A stretch of 55,534 bases of DNA, counting the filler, from Sphacelaria rigidula (lineage: Eukaryota), in NCBI GenBank assembly GCA_964200075.2. It is 6 parts of 6 records of this genome, joined end to end, with 100 filler letters (N's around TTAATTAATTAA, not from the genome) between each part and the next. Parts side by side here need not be neighbours in the genome. Positions count along the whole stretch, not along the records: positions 18,548 to 27,720 come from CAXNAA020009127.1; positions 27,821 to 36,992 come from CAXNAA020009128.1; positions 37,093 to 46,263 come from CAXNAA020009129.1; 3 more parts are not named here. One strand, written 5' to 3'. The position numbers and the translations under genes were made by a program. The notes beneath the pieces are model-generated. The model made no database searches. It was not told the DNA's origin and saw nothing but the letters and a program-made list of their open reading frames with translations. Below are positions 23,810 to 43,709 of the stretch, piece after piece. Within the stretch, counting starts at the first letter, position 1. Each line of letters opens with the position of its first letter.

Positions 23810-24090
23810 CTCCAAAATTCCTCCAGGTGTGGGTAAACGCTTCGAGCCTCCAGAGAAATTAAACGCCTCTGGAGAGGTGCGCGGCCCCCCACAGGAGATT
23901 GTTTCGTTTCCTCCAGAGGGATTAAACGCCTCCGGAGGCTTATTTTTGCCTCTGGAGGGCCCCGCATACTCCCAAATTCCTCCGGAGGGGTGCGCGGCCC
24001 TCCGGGTCGGTAGAATTTGATTTCCTCCAGAGGGATTGAAGGCCTCCGGAGGCTTATTTTCCCCCCGGAGGTCTGCGCATCCCTCCTGAG
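23810..24090. repeat. Cluster of direct and inverted cctcc(a/g)gag(g) repeats
   Basis: cctccagagggatt.aa.gcctccggaggcttatttt at ~23910 and ~24024, plus several short palindromes. Confidence 0.6.
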
Positions 24091-24361
24091 ACATTTTAGG
24101 GTGTAGCCGAATGGCCGCGTGTGAGGTCATGCATTACAAGCTGGGGCCAGAAACCCACGAGGAACAAGAGTGCTCTATGGTCAACCACTTGTCGTTGCAT
24201 TTGACACCCACGCCATCAACCGCCGACCGCAAAGGTCTTGCGGCTTTCAAGCAACGCTGGCGGCAGTACGGCAGGCAAACCCGATCACACATAGCTTTCG
24301 TTGCTCCACTGTACTGACTGTCATTTGCTCAGTAGTCGCCGTAACAACATGCACGCCCCGG

Positions 24362-24801
24362 ATCACAACAGCTGTAAAATCGAAACAGTTCGATTTACTC
24401 AACTAATTTTACACAATTTCAAGGACTTTCAAGAGCTAAGGAAGGGTGGCTCCCCCGTCCCCCCGCTAGGTGTTGAAGAACGACGACAGAGGTTTTTCAA
24501 GCGCATGTAACACGGACGGGGCACAGAGAGTTTCTCCTCCATGAGAACCCAAGTTTTCCCACGTGTAAACCGTTTCATCTGCATTTTTTCTACTAAGAGC
24601 GTTAACCTGTCGATTTATGTTCAATTCTGCACGGATTGCCTCATGCCAATCGGAACAAAGTTTTGTGTTGCTGTTCGACGGTAAATTCCCACGTTTGACC
24701 GGACTCAAAACCGCCACCTTCCCTCAGGTCTTGGGAATCCTTTAAATTGTGTGGAATTAGTTGAGAAAATCGAACTGTTTCGTTTTTACAGCTGTTGTGA
24801 T
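24362..24801. mobile_element. MITE with ~90-bp TIRs
   Basis: atcacaacagctgtaaaa...aagggtggc (24362-24450) vs gccacctt...tttacagctgttgtgat (24713-24801). Confidence 0.75.
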
Positions 24802-24808
24802 ACTGATA

Positions 24809-25125
24809 GCCATTCACAACTGCTACACGCCATGCAAATTTGGATTTCGATCACCGAAATGTCGGGGTGCTAGATGGAAAACCGATTTCGGAACCTTTTT
24901 GGCGTCCGTTCGGACACTCGGAATTCCCCGAAATTCGTTTTCCACCTAGGACTCCAGCATTTCGGTGATCGAAATCCGAAAATAAATGGCGTGCAGCAGT
25001 TGTGAATAGCAGTAGGTGAAGAAATGGAAACATATTTCGAAGATTTGGTGTAGATACGAATATTTGAGTTCTCCGGGTTTCTCATCTCCGATAAAAGATC
25101 CATCCCCAAGTTACAAGATTACGTG
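24809..25125. mobile_element. Foldback family D (hairpin 24809-25010 plus unpaired right-arm extension)
   Basis: Palindromic; colinear with 42350-42660. Confidence 0.7.
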
Positions 25126-25315
25126 TTCTCCGCTGAGGAAGCCAGCACAATCACAAACATCAACACAACACAAAACTATACACCTAAACGTATACTACCT
25201 CATCACCACATTTTGCGCGCATTTCACCACACGTTGATATATCTTGCGCGTTACCCAGACCTTTTAGGGCGTGTGTTGCCATCCGCTCTACTGTAGCTCT
25301 TGCCACATCAACTAA

Positions 25316-25640
25316 CTAGAGCAAGCCGAACTTTTCCAAAAGTCGAGGCGGTAGCCAAGTCCGCAAAACATCGTCCATCTTATCGACGGTCTCCTGAGCT
25401 AAAACATCCTTGTACGACCTGCTCGAGTCATTGGCCGACGCCACCGGCTTCACCGATCCGGGATGGCTATCTCTGCCCTTGGTCACGAAGCTGAAGTCGT
25501 TCCGTTGCGCTGCATCCGTCGCCGATTCTATCACGGAGTCCGGCAGCTCCAGGCCGACCGATTGGTACCACTGCTTGTGCCAAGCTAGAGGGTCCGAAAG
25601 TGCGTCCTCATAAAAGAATATGTCCGATTGTTCTTTTAAC
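25316..25640 (-). CDS. Terminal exon of a probable sulfotransferase-family protein
   Basis: FFYEDALSDPLAWHKQWYQSVGLELP...RSYKDVLAQETVDKMDDVLRTWLP resembles the YED(L)xxDP...GL and C-terminal helix of sulfotransferases; upstream pyrimidine-rich intron, downstream stop. Confidence 0.55.
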
Positions 25641-26647
25641 CTTGTGTATTTTTCGATCAAGTAGGCATAAGTATACAAGAGCAGAGGGAAAAGAAGCAAC
25701 AACAAAAAAGTTGAGAGTTAGACCGAACCGAAGCAACCATTTTTATTATCCCGTTCTCTTTAATATCCCTCTTTTTTTGCGTCCGTCTCAAGTTTTCACG
25801 ACATGACGTTGCTAAAAAAATGTGTACCACGTTACCCATGGGTTTCCGAAACTTCTTGTGGTGAGTGTGTGTAACTGCTACTCCAGAATGAGTTTGATTG
25901 GGAGTCACGAATGAAGCGCAAAAGTGATATTCAAGCAGTTGAGACGGTGCACAGAAGGACTTCTCCTCGTCGTCAGTTCTTCTGCTCCTTGTGAAAACAA
26001 CTTGCACGGGGCGGCCGAATCATCGCTGGCTCCAATCAACGAATCCATGATCTCTGAGCCCTGATTCGTCGACGAGGAGAAAAGAGATGACCGCGCGGAT
26101 CAAAACCTTCTCTACGAACTTATTTCGCTCTTTCACGTGTCTGGAGTGCGCGTACCTGAAATGTAACGCTGAAAAAAGGAAGTCAAAGTATGGATTCGTA
26201 CTCCACGTATAAATTACACTAAAAGCAAATAATTGTCAGTCGGATCATTATTCGCCCGATCCTTGGAAACTTTCATCAGCTAGAGAGCCCTCCGTCTCGG
26301 GTCACACTCATGTAATGACACGGACCGACGTCTCCTACAAAAGCAAAACTAGACGTTTTTCAAAGAACTTTAATTCCCAAGCACATAAAACAGCGATGTT
26401 TGAAAATAGTCGTTCGGTCTCGTTGAGGAGACGATCGTGGCAGTACATTGGGGTCCGGGAAAAGGAGCACGCTCCTATGAGTTTTTTTCGAGAGAAATAG
26501 GAATTGATGGAAGAGAAATATGGTTGCGCGCAACATTTCACTTCTTCTCCCGTCTATTCACGGCCCATGCTTTTGTTACATTAATACGCGCGGGGCCTGA
26601 AAAAGCAGCTTAGCTCTGATTTGTCGTATATGTCTTTTGCACAAAAC

Positions 26648-26925
26648 GCCCCGGTGGCTCAGTTGGTAACCTCGAAACCTTCTGACGGTTGGGTTGTGGG
26701 TTTAAATCTCGGAGCGATCGGGGATCGTTTCTCACAACATGCCCAATAGTGGAGAGCGACGAGGGAAAGGGAGTGCCGAACCCCTCTCGCGAAAAAAAAG
26801 AAAGGGAAGCACCGCAGAAGGAAGATGGGGTACCAGAAGCAAATAAAATAAATTAAAAGCTCCTGTGTTGACCACCGGTATAGACCAGCGTCCAGAATAG
26901 ATGGGACGACAACACACACACACAC
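26648..26925 (+). mobile_element. tRNA-derived SINE ending in (CA)n
   Basis: gccccggTGGCTCAGTTGG A box and degenerate B box gggtttaaatctc; head and 3' tail shared with 32944-33293. Confidence 0.75.
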
Positions 26926-27720
26926 GGAAGGTCAGGGAATAATGTCATTTGATTCTAACAAGGGGTATGCATTTAGCCGACAGGAGTGATCCCAAACGTA
27001 TCCGCCCGACGCTTACTCTCACGGCAGGCATTTTCTCCAGTCAACAGCCGCGTGTGAACTGGGTTTGTCACACGTCGCATGATGGTGGAAGGGTCGAAAC
27101 GACGTCGACTAGTCTATAGCTCGCAAGGGTACGAATGAGGGTGTTGACAGTCTTTTTTATGTCATCACTCAAGCCTTCCAGCAACGCAGCCTAACGGAAC
27201 GCCCAGTTGAGAAAAAATGTAATTAACGGCCGACCAGTGGTGACAAGTGGAAAGCCTTCAAGACCCGGAGCTTCCGCATACACAACAACGCAGAGCATTA
27301 GAAGGCCGTATCTAATAGTCGTGAGTGATGCACGGCAATAATATTTTCAGGAAATAATACTAGTGAGTATTCGCAGACTATATCTAGGGCAATGAACTAG
27401 AAAAATTATACCTTCTCGTGTTTTGCCTAGGAAAGGTACGAAAAATGGCCAGAAACGCGAAAACAACCAAACACGCCATTTTGACCGTTTTCGCACCGGA
27501 GTTTTCACGCACATCGTTCGGGGGGGGCCATTAGCACCCGGGACTCGAAAAAAACGGATGAAAAACATGTTACTCGAGAGATATGGCCAGGCGAAAACCG
27601 AAATTTCGCCTCCAGAAACCGCTTACCTTTTGTAGGCCACATTTCATCGAGGTATACCTGATCTAGGAATTCTTTTTCAATCGTACCTCATCTGGGCCAC
27701 CAATCGACCGAAAACGTACC

Positions 27721-27820
27721 NNNNNNNNNNNNNNNNNNNNNNNNNNNNNNNNNNNNNNNNNNNNTTAATTAATTAANNNNNNNNNNNNNNNNNNNNNNNN
27801 NNNNNNNNNNNNNNNNNNNN
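27721..27820. other. Artificial scaffold spacer
   Basis: N44-TTAATTAATTAA-N44. Confidence 0.97.
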
Positions 27821-28151
27821 AACAAAGAAAACAAGAAAATGAACAGGTTCGAGTTTTAAGAAGAGATAGATATGCGGGGGGGGGGGGGGTCTAGATATAG
27901 AGGGTACGTTTCTCAGTTTGGGAAGGGGCTCCCTAGTCACCTAGTTTCTTATTTCTCATACCTGTTTTTAGTATGTATCCGCGCTGTTTCTTATTTTCAT
28001 GCCTCTTATCTTGTCGCCTAGTTTGAGGTGTGTTTCTGAGTCCATTTTTCTTATTTTCCGTGAAAGGCTCAGCCTCATTTTCTATACCACATTTTTCTTA
28101 ATTGCGGGCCGCAACTGTACGTTGCGAGCATTCACAGTAAAAACAATCATT

Positions 28152-28398
28152 TTTTCGTGAGCTTGAGAGTAGAGCGCGGATGAGAGTGACTTCGGTCATT
28201 CGCTTCAACTTGGCTAATTTTCTTTGCCTCCATCACTACGTAGCGTGTGCTCACAGCTACACGTCGACATCCTACTCAAGGATATTCAGGGCCTCAGTGG
28301 CAAGCTACAACAGAAAGCATATCGGGCCTCGTTGAGGGGCACTATGGAACTGAAATAGTTTATTCACTATTTGACCGCTTCTCCCTTCCTCACGAAAA
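28152..28398 (+). mobile_element. MITE family C, second copy
   Basis: ttttcgtgag...ctcacgaaaa; homologous to 22199-22485. Confidence 0.65.
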
Positions 28399-29717
28399 TT
28401 TTGTCAGGACACCAATTTCGAAGGTTCAGAGCTTTGCTAGCTCCGGTGTTCAAAAAATCTCTGGGGGGAAGTCGTATCCGGACGAAATCTTCGACATTCT
28501 CCGACAAAAATCATTCCTCTTCGAAAAAAGTGAGAGCAGATTTCTTGACCAGGTCAGCCGAAAGATCAATTTAAGACCAGGGATTACCCCGGAAATCCAT
28601 AGCGCCTTTTTTCTCAGCATTCTTTGTTTTTGGACGAGTCGGGAACAAATTCCAATTTTTCGGCAAAAGTCGGGAAAGTCAGGAAAACAAAATCCCCTGA
28701 ATAATGACCATTGAAACGACGCACTTTTCGCGACGGACGATCTCGTCATTCTCCGCCGTGCGAAATTTTACATCCAACACGTACGTTGCTGTGCTTCCAC
28801 TTGTCACTCACAACTTCAATAATCGATTGATTCATCGTCGCACATCTCCTGGTCCCCGAGGGTTCCAGCCGTGATCACAAGATAGACGTGGTCTTGTAGT
28901 ATTCAAGGTAGACTGACTGTTCACACCTTTCACGTCAACGAGTACTAGGCGGCACACTTAGTAGGCAGCCACGTTGGAACTTGAATTCAATGGTTTCTAC
29001 GGTGCACAGAGTATGACTTGCGGCGATCATGTTCGAACTGCCTCCAATGAAAAAGACCCACAACAAGACGCTTACGAGGCTATCAAGCTGCACTACTGGA
29101 AGTCACGCAAGGCGAAAACAGATATCCAAGGCAAAGCAGACATGATATGCAAGGCGCGCAGTCCATTTATTCCCATGAACCAGCGCAGGGATTCATGCCT
29201 GTACGGCCAGTACGCTGCAAAAATAGAGCTCGACGATTTCCCCGGTGTCAAAACAAGAGTGAACTGCCACCGCACGATAGTACGAAAATCGCAAGTTTGC
29301 CAATCCAACCGTACACCTCTACGTTATTACACAACCCATCAGTCTACATGGCATAACGCTTGCGCCTGTCGAAAAAGCCAACGCTAGTGCGGTGGGCTCC
29401 AGTAGTCATAATGCATTCCCACAGACCCCCCTGAAACATAATCACGATCGCGAACAAGTAACCCCAAATTCGCTGGAAACTAGAAACATGACCGTTACAA
29501 AACCATATAGAAAAATCGTCGTTGGCAAGGCGTGGCATCGCGACAATGTACACATGCAACCGCAAACCATGCACCATGTCCATCTACGCACGTCTATGCC
29601 TGGAATATGCTTCGAACACAAGATCTGCGACGTCTCCTAGATGCTAGAAAAGTGAAGCGCTTGTTCAACAGTAGAGCTTGCTTGCAGTATCTCCTGAAAA
29701 AAGAAGGGCCTTCCTTT

Positions 29718-36991
<7,274 letters not shown>

Positions 36992-36992
36992 A

Positions 36993-37092
36993 NNNNNNNN
37001 NNNNNNNNNNNNNNNNNNNNNNNNNNNNNNNNNNNNTTAATTAATTAANNNNNNNNNNNNNNNNNNNNNNNNNNNNNNNNNNNNNNNNNNNN
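36993..37092. other. Artificial scaffold spacer
   Basis: N44-TTAATTAATTAA-N44. Confidence 0.97.
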
Positions 37093-37450
37093 GGAGAAAG
37101 TACTGTTTTGGGCTCAAACCTCATTTCATTGATGAACCTCATTTTATAGAATCCTCTGTTTAATTGTGCGTATCCTAAGCCGCGTCGTTAGTTGAATAAA
37201 CACACGATGGGGCACCTTCTTGGTTCCAATTGAAAGGGCTGCCCTCTTTGTCTCATTTGCTTTGGCGTTCCCAAGTGCCTCGAATCCTCCCCAGGCGATG
37301 TCCAGATTTACCACAATATCTACCGATTCTTCTGCAGAATTGCATTGGAGATCACGCAGTCTTCGTTTCAATGTAAGTAGTTGCATAGGCTGCGCGTCCA
37401 ATGCACGTCCTCCGTAGAACCGCTCAAGCTCCAGCCAGGCCTCCATGCCT
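37093..37450 (-). mobile_element. Copia-like gag (UBN2-type) remnant
   Basis: W.ELERFY...LLTLKRRLRDLQC...DIVVNLD...FEALG...ETK.AAL..G pattern; frameshifted and cut by the scaffold end. Confidence 0.5.
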
Positions 37451-39216
37451 GTCGGAGTTGCCGCGGTACTCGCATCGCGCGACGATGGCTGAGGCTGACT
37501 TCTTTTCAGCCTGTGCCATGGGAAACCACAACGACAGTGTGTTGCGTTGGTGCATTCCGTATGCCCTACGCTGATCCAGTGTTGTCGCCGCTGTCGGAAC
37601 GCCCGGTGCGGCGTGATCCGATCGTAGCAGAGGGTGCAGTCCCACTCCCCCTACGCATCTTGCGACAGTGAGTCTCCATGCTCCCCACGTTTCTCACGAG
37701 TGCTCACGAGTGCTCACGAGCAATCGTCCAGATTGGTACGTAGCTCACGGAGGTTTGTCTCCACACTCCTCGAATCTCACTATCCTGTGCACTGGTGAGA
37801 TGTGCTGTGTGGCCGTGTCGCGCTTCCTCGCAATGCACCGTTCATACCGGAGCAAGTCGATTGCCGCAAGAGATCTTGGTGAGCTGAGCAAGCGACTGAC
37901 GCGCATGAGGCGCTGCATCGCCATGCAATTATCACTTCTTCAGGGCTCACTTCCTAGCTTGGCATACAGTCCTTTCTGAACCTTCTCTCTGACCCCCGGC
38001 CCCAAACCCAATAATAGGTCTTTCAATATAGAGTCACAAGCTGCTCGGGCTCGTCTGAATCACACCGACTTGTGATTTAGCGTCAGCTGACAACGGCGCT
38101 GTAAAACCCGCCACTCACTGCGTACGCTAGGCAACCAGGTTATCGTTTTCATTGCGCTTGCGATTTTCCCACACCCTGGACAATAGACATGGTATTGGTC
38201 TATTGCTGCACAAATAGGTAAGGTGGTGATCATATCGATATCCATTGCGGAGAACAATGACTTCAACATACCCCTGCCCATATCCATTGCTGGTAACAAT
38301 GTACTCGGTGATGTTCTCATCGATATACATCTTTACTGGCAAGAGTGTGTGAATTATTACACCAATGTGCACTTGTCAGTAACGATAGATTTCGGTTCAT
38401 TCCATCGGTAAACGTCTTTCATGCAAAGGGATAATGAAAAAATCATGTCAAATATACATGGCCCTTCGCAATAGATTCCGCAAAATTTTATCAAAATAAA
38501 TGGTCAGTGACAATGAGTTTTCGAAATATTCCATCGATATACATAGCCAACGGCAAAAGAGTTTGGTATTGTCCACCGATTGACATGGCCGGTAGCGATA
38601 GATGTTGAACTTTTCCATCAATATGCATGGTCCATGCCAATAGATTTCAAGGGGTTCCGTCAATGTACACTGCGGTAGACGGCCACATGCGAGATAATTG
38701 GACACAGTAGTCAATTTCTATGATGACCAATGCGGACCGGGACTGATTTCAAGTTATGGCGACTGATGGCATCGGTAAAACACCAACATTATATATTTGT
38801 TGTCCATCACCGTTCTCAGGGACAACAAGCCGTCTAGTGCTACGGGACTTTATCGATATCCAGTGTGTAACACCATCAAAGACACTTCTTGTCGCAGCAG
38901 CATCTTTCATTACAAACTGTTTTTAAAGAACTATCACGTTATCAACACACCATCACTTTACTACAGTATATGTCACTTTGCGTTGTACCCCAAGTCTACT
39001 TATTGTCACAGTTCGAACCTCTCCTCTTCCGCGTGACCAGTCCGGTCTCGAGGGATCAACCCACTTCCCCCCGTTACACACCTTGCATGTTAATTCTGCG
39101 TATTGGGTCAGCACTTCCGCACCGCGTCAACTCTCGTCAAACAAACTCAGTCAACCACCTCTTGTTCACTCTCGTCCCAACGCTATCGACGGTGGGAATC
39201 AATTATTTAGAGAAGC

Positions 39217-42200
39217 TCAATACATCGGAAGTCGAACCCTCGTTATCTCCACCCTAATAATGACCACTGGACCGCCAGGGCGCGACAACCCTGCCTTCCC
39301 ATTCGAAATGATAATGGGGACCCACACACTGCACGTTGGGGTCAGACGAATTCCAACAAGCCGATTCGGAACCGCTCCGTACTCGTTCTCCCACGAAAAA
39401 TCTTCCTCCTCCCCCATATCACTCTCGGGCTCGAGAGAAAAGTTCAACACCTCAACCTCTTTCAGCATTTTTCTGTCGGTGAACCGACGTGGCACAGCTT
39501 TCGATACCACCTCATCCGTTAGCTGTGGGATGTCTTCAGGGATGTTGTCGAACTGGCCCCGCAGATACAAGGCCATTTCGAGATTGGCGGGGTCGACGCC
39601 ACCACGCTTGCGGGGCTGAAACATATCCGCGACACAGAAGTCACGCTCCATTGCTCCCGCGGAGGAAGGTGCACCAAACATCGCCTGCACCATGGATCGA
39701 AAATGAGGCGAGTGTTCTTTGCCGTAGGCCCGCCAATAGTCGACACCGTCCAGTTTCTTCTCCTCTCTCCCGATCTGTAACCCGGAGCGACGAAAACAAA
39801 TATGACACTGAACGCATAGCAGTGGGGTACGGTTCGCCAGCGATCTCCACTCTAGCGTCCTACATTTCTACTGCATTCTCACCATGATCACAGTCTGCTT
39901 TTTGTTGAAGTGCTCGGTACACGCGTCTATACAAAAAAAACAATGAATTGTATGCGGCGGAGCAATGGTGATGTGTGCGTCTTGCTACATTGAAATGCCG
40001 GGGGGAAAATTCCAATGCTTGGCGTCGCGTTTTTTCTTCATGGGGATGGGTCAAATAACGGGAGCGTGCAATGCAGAAATATCGATACGTCGCAACGCAC
40101 AACACACCTTGGCGTTTTTCCATGCCTTGATGATGTCGCCGGCTTCTTCCTCGGGAGTGGTCTCGGGGGTGCTCGCAGCTCCCCCTTCTTCGTCGCCGCT
40201 GGAGTCCATGATGCCCTCCGCGGCGAACTCCCCTCACCATGGATTGACAGCGGCGCCGGTGGCGTTTTTAACCGCTTCACCACTCGCGACTCGACGTCCA
40301 CGGCGACGGGAGCCGTCTCCGGCCTGGCTCTGCTCTTACTGATCGCTCCCGCGAGGAGATCCTTCACCTGGCCAATAATTACTGACTTCACGTCCTCTAC
40401 TGACTTTGCGAAGTCTCCCAGCGTTCCGACAGTCGAACTCTTCAGCCTCTTCAAATAAATAAAACCACTCCTGCCCGGAGTGAAGAACATGGCCATGTCA
40501 TACCTATGGCTGTGAGATGAGAGGCATTTCCCATAACGCGGTGATACAAAACGCCTGGCCACGCCCCGTGCAAACGCCTCGCGGGTGACTCTCGCGACCC
40601 TTGTCAAGTCGGCGGAGGGTCGTACCTCCTCCGGTTCCACGTCCTCTTTACCCTGCCCGACTGCCCGCACATGCCTCACCTTGAGTGGATGTTCCGGGTC
40701 CAAGGCGGTGGTGGCGATTAGGATCAGGCGTTGTAGTCCACCCTGCGCGGTTGGCTTGTACGTCGTTTGTGAGTACACGATTACCCCCTTCACCTCATTC
40801 ATGATGCTGTATACCTCCTCGACCTGAGAGCACAACGTTGTTGTTAGGCGGACAAAATAGGCGTTCAGTGACGCTCAAACAAGACAACAATTTTGTCATA
40901 ACTCAATCAAGGAGAGGGGCAGGATGAGGATTTCGCTACCACGGTGGGTGGGGGTGTCTCAAGAATCACGGGTCACATCGATCACGTTTTGTCAACCAAT
41001 AGCGGCCAGCGTCCGCGAATAATTGCAATATCAAGTTGGTATGTGCGCCGCCGATATACCAGGCACCGACACACCGATGTTCGGCTCACCCCGTCCTTCG
41101 TGCCCGTCAAGGGAAAGGATTCCCCCTTGGCCAAGTAAAATGTCCTCAGGGCGTCCCATCTCTCCAGGACACGCAGCAGCATCTGGAAGACGCTGATCCA
41201 GCGCTGGGCAACGGCTTGAGACAGCTTTGCCTTCGAGCCCTCTCCTCCCGACATTTCGTCGATGATATCCTCTAGGGCAATCTGCTCATAACAGTGGTTA
41301 TGCGCAAAGGAATTCCAAGAAAAAAACGGAGGAGTCAGCGTCGAGGCAACTTCAGTGATGAGGTTGTGCATTCGCATCGCAGACCGAGAACAATTTGTAA
41401 TTCGCGGATGCTACTGTAATCGCCATTCGCCCACGAAAAAATATTCAAGGAGTAGTCGGAGGTGTCAACCACGAATGCAAGAACTAGTCATGTATATATG
41501 AACGTGACTTCCCAGCGGCTGAAGATGGCACTGGTACATGGGACACGTAGGTTATGATACAAATTCCATGATATACAACCTTGTCAACGGCGGGCTTGTT
41601 GAAGAGCTCCACCATCCCTTTGATCAGCTCCAGAAGTTCGCGACACTGAACATTCTTAGATCGATCCTTCGCGGGCGACATTCCCGTGGCGTCAATGGTC
41701 GCGCGGTTAAGGAGGTGGGCAAAGCACCATTCCCAAGACCACGCCGACACCACCCCACTTCGGACGTCGGACCCGGCATCCGTCACCGCGCCGGCGATAT
41801 CCTCAAGGCGTATGCCATGCTGCGCCAGCACTTGTATGACCCACTTGAAGATCACGTCACCGCCGTGCTTGTCAAAACATCGATGAGGTTCAAACAGCTT
41901 TAGCGCGAGGAGATACGTCTTCACGTCCATTTTTGGTCGAGGAAAAACACGCGGACGCCTATAGGTATTTTTAGGCAAAGTAGGAGAGCGGAACGGCGAT
42001 GTGGATCAATGGTAGTATGTCATGATGCAAAATATTATTGGGAATCGACTCGACGGAGCGCTTCCCCTCTCCCACCCGTGCGGTCGTTATACTGCACCGG
42101 CAACTGCGCTGCTGGTGGTCCACACAGTAAATAATCCTCTTCTCCGCCTCCGCTTCGACACAAAAATACTGAAGGTTGCAACTTCTCAAGTGGCACACAC

Positions 42201-43709
42201 TTCCGAGGAGTTTCTACCCCCCCCTCTTGAGCGCGGGCCCGCGAAAACTCGGCGTGCTTCGTCACGGCTTTGTAGGGAGCGAGGTCAATTGTCATTCGAC
42301 GGTGGCATGCAGGAGAATTAAAATCTTCGTATCCGCACCAAATCTTCACTTGCTGGTAGCTATTGACAACTACTATACGCCATTCAAATATGCATTCCGA
42401 TAACTGAAATGTTGGGGTCCTAGCTCAAAAACCGATTTTGGGAATTTAGGTGATCCGGTCGGACCCCAAAATTGATTTTTGAACCAGGACCCCAACATTT
42501 CGGTCATCGCAGTGCAAATTTGTATAGCGTGTAGTTGTTGTCAATAGCTACCAGCAAGTGGAGAAATGGAACCATATTTCGAACATTTGGTGCGGATACG
42601 AATATTTTGATTCTACATGTTCTCAACCCCAATAAAAAATCCATCCCCGATTGGTAAAATGCCGTGGTTGACGCGCCGGGATTTGAAGATGAGTGGAGGA
42701 AACCGATCGAACGTCTACATCACTACCGGAGATACCTGACTTACCGCTTTGTTGTTCAGGTCAATAACGTCGAAGTTCGTCCGCATGAGTGAGAGGAAGT
42801 CACGAACGGCAGCGTGCTCCCTGATGTTGAAAGGGGCAGCCACGAAACTAAGCGCTAAGTATCGTCGAGGATTTGTCCGAAATAATTGACTACACCGTGC
42901 CGCTTCCAGAGTATTTTGGACCTCGATCGCCCTACATAGCACAGAACATAGCGAGACGATGAAACCGTGGCGTTTGCAGTAGTCGGAAGCCGCACAAATC
43001 ACAGGATATGCAGTTAACGATTAAACGGGACGCTTGTCGCATGCTTCAGGTCATGAAAACCCAACAAACCGAGCCATCAAAACGGAGCAAGCACATGGGC
43101 CTCAGCCAGGCTAGTATGGTGTGGGCACAAAGTGAACGAAAACGAACAACTACAGCAGCACACACTGAACCTTCCTCTATGCGCGAGAAACAATCAAACG
43201 GGAAAAAGGCATGACATTCACTTTTCGTCCGCAGCTTGTGTCCGCGAGCTCTTGATATTGTGCTGCTTGTCCAGGTGAGTTGTAGCACTGAATGTCAGTT
43301 TACTTGTTATTTTGATCATTCTTCTCTTGTTGCAACACTCCTCGTCTACTTGGCACGAAAAAAAACGCTCCCTCTCGACCGGCTTCCCCTTCTCATCGTA
43401 GCTCCACTCCCCTTCCGGCTTTGTATCCAACCGCACGCCCCAAAAATGAATGACGCGAGGGCGTCGAGCGTTTGGGCGTGCGACGTAGCGGCCTTCTTCC
43501 GGGATGTAGTTGTTGATGACCGCTTTCACTACGATCGGTACGTTTTCTGGGAATTTCAACTCTTTGGACTTGCCTTTTGAACGACCTCCGCTGCCCGAGT
43601 TCCGAAGATCAAATATGGGGGCAAGGGCGGTAGGTGGTGCTGCGCCTGAAGCCGAGGACGGTCTCTGCTCACCATTGTTGCTCATGGGGAGGATACCGTT
43701 GTCGCTCAT
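39217..43709 (-). pseudogene. Intron-containing hAT transposase, decayed. Exons 43709-43222, 42931-42745, 41958-41580, 41281-41090, 40823-40108, 39774-39217
   Basis: BED finger (FW...FSCQ...C...HLDKQH), VTDAGS, CFAH, QRWISVFQMLLR, and the dimerisation domain DYWR...PSSAGAMERDF...LEMALYLR. Frameshifts near 41930 and 40235; the exon with the first catalytic Asp (DxW) was not found. Confidence 0.88.
42314..42614. mobile_element. Foldback family D copy nested in a transposase intron
   Basis: Palindrome agaattaaaatcttcgtatccgcaccaaat / atttggtgcggatacgaatattttgattct; homologous to 24809-25125. Confidence 0.8.

Noticed and set aside
38978..39619. 213-aa plus-strand ORF and other long antisense ORFs over transposon or CDC48 exons
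   Set aside because: Shadow frames of minus-strand coding sequence
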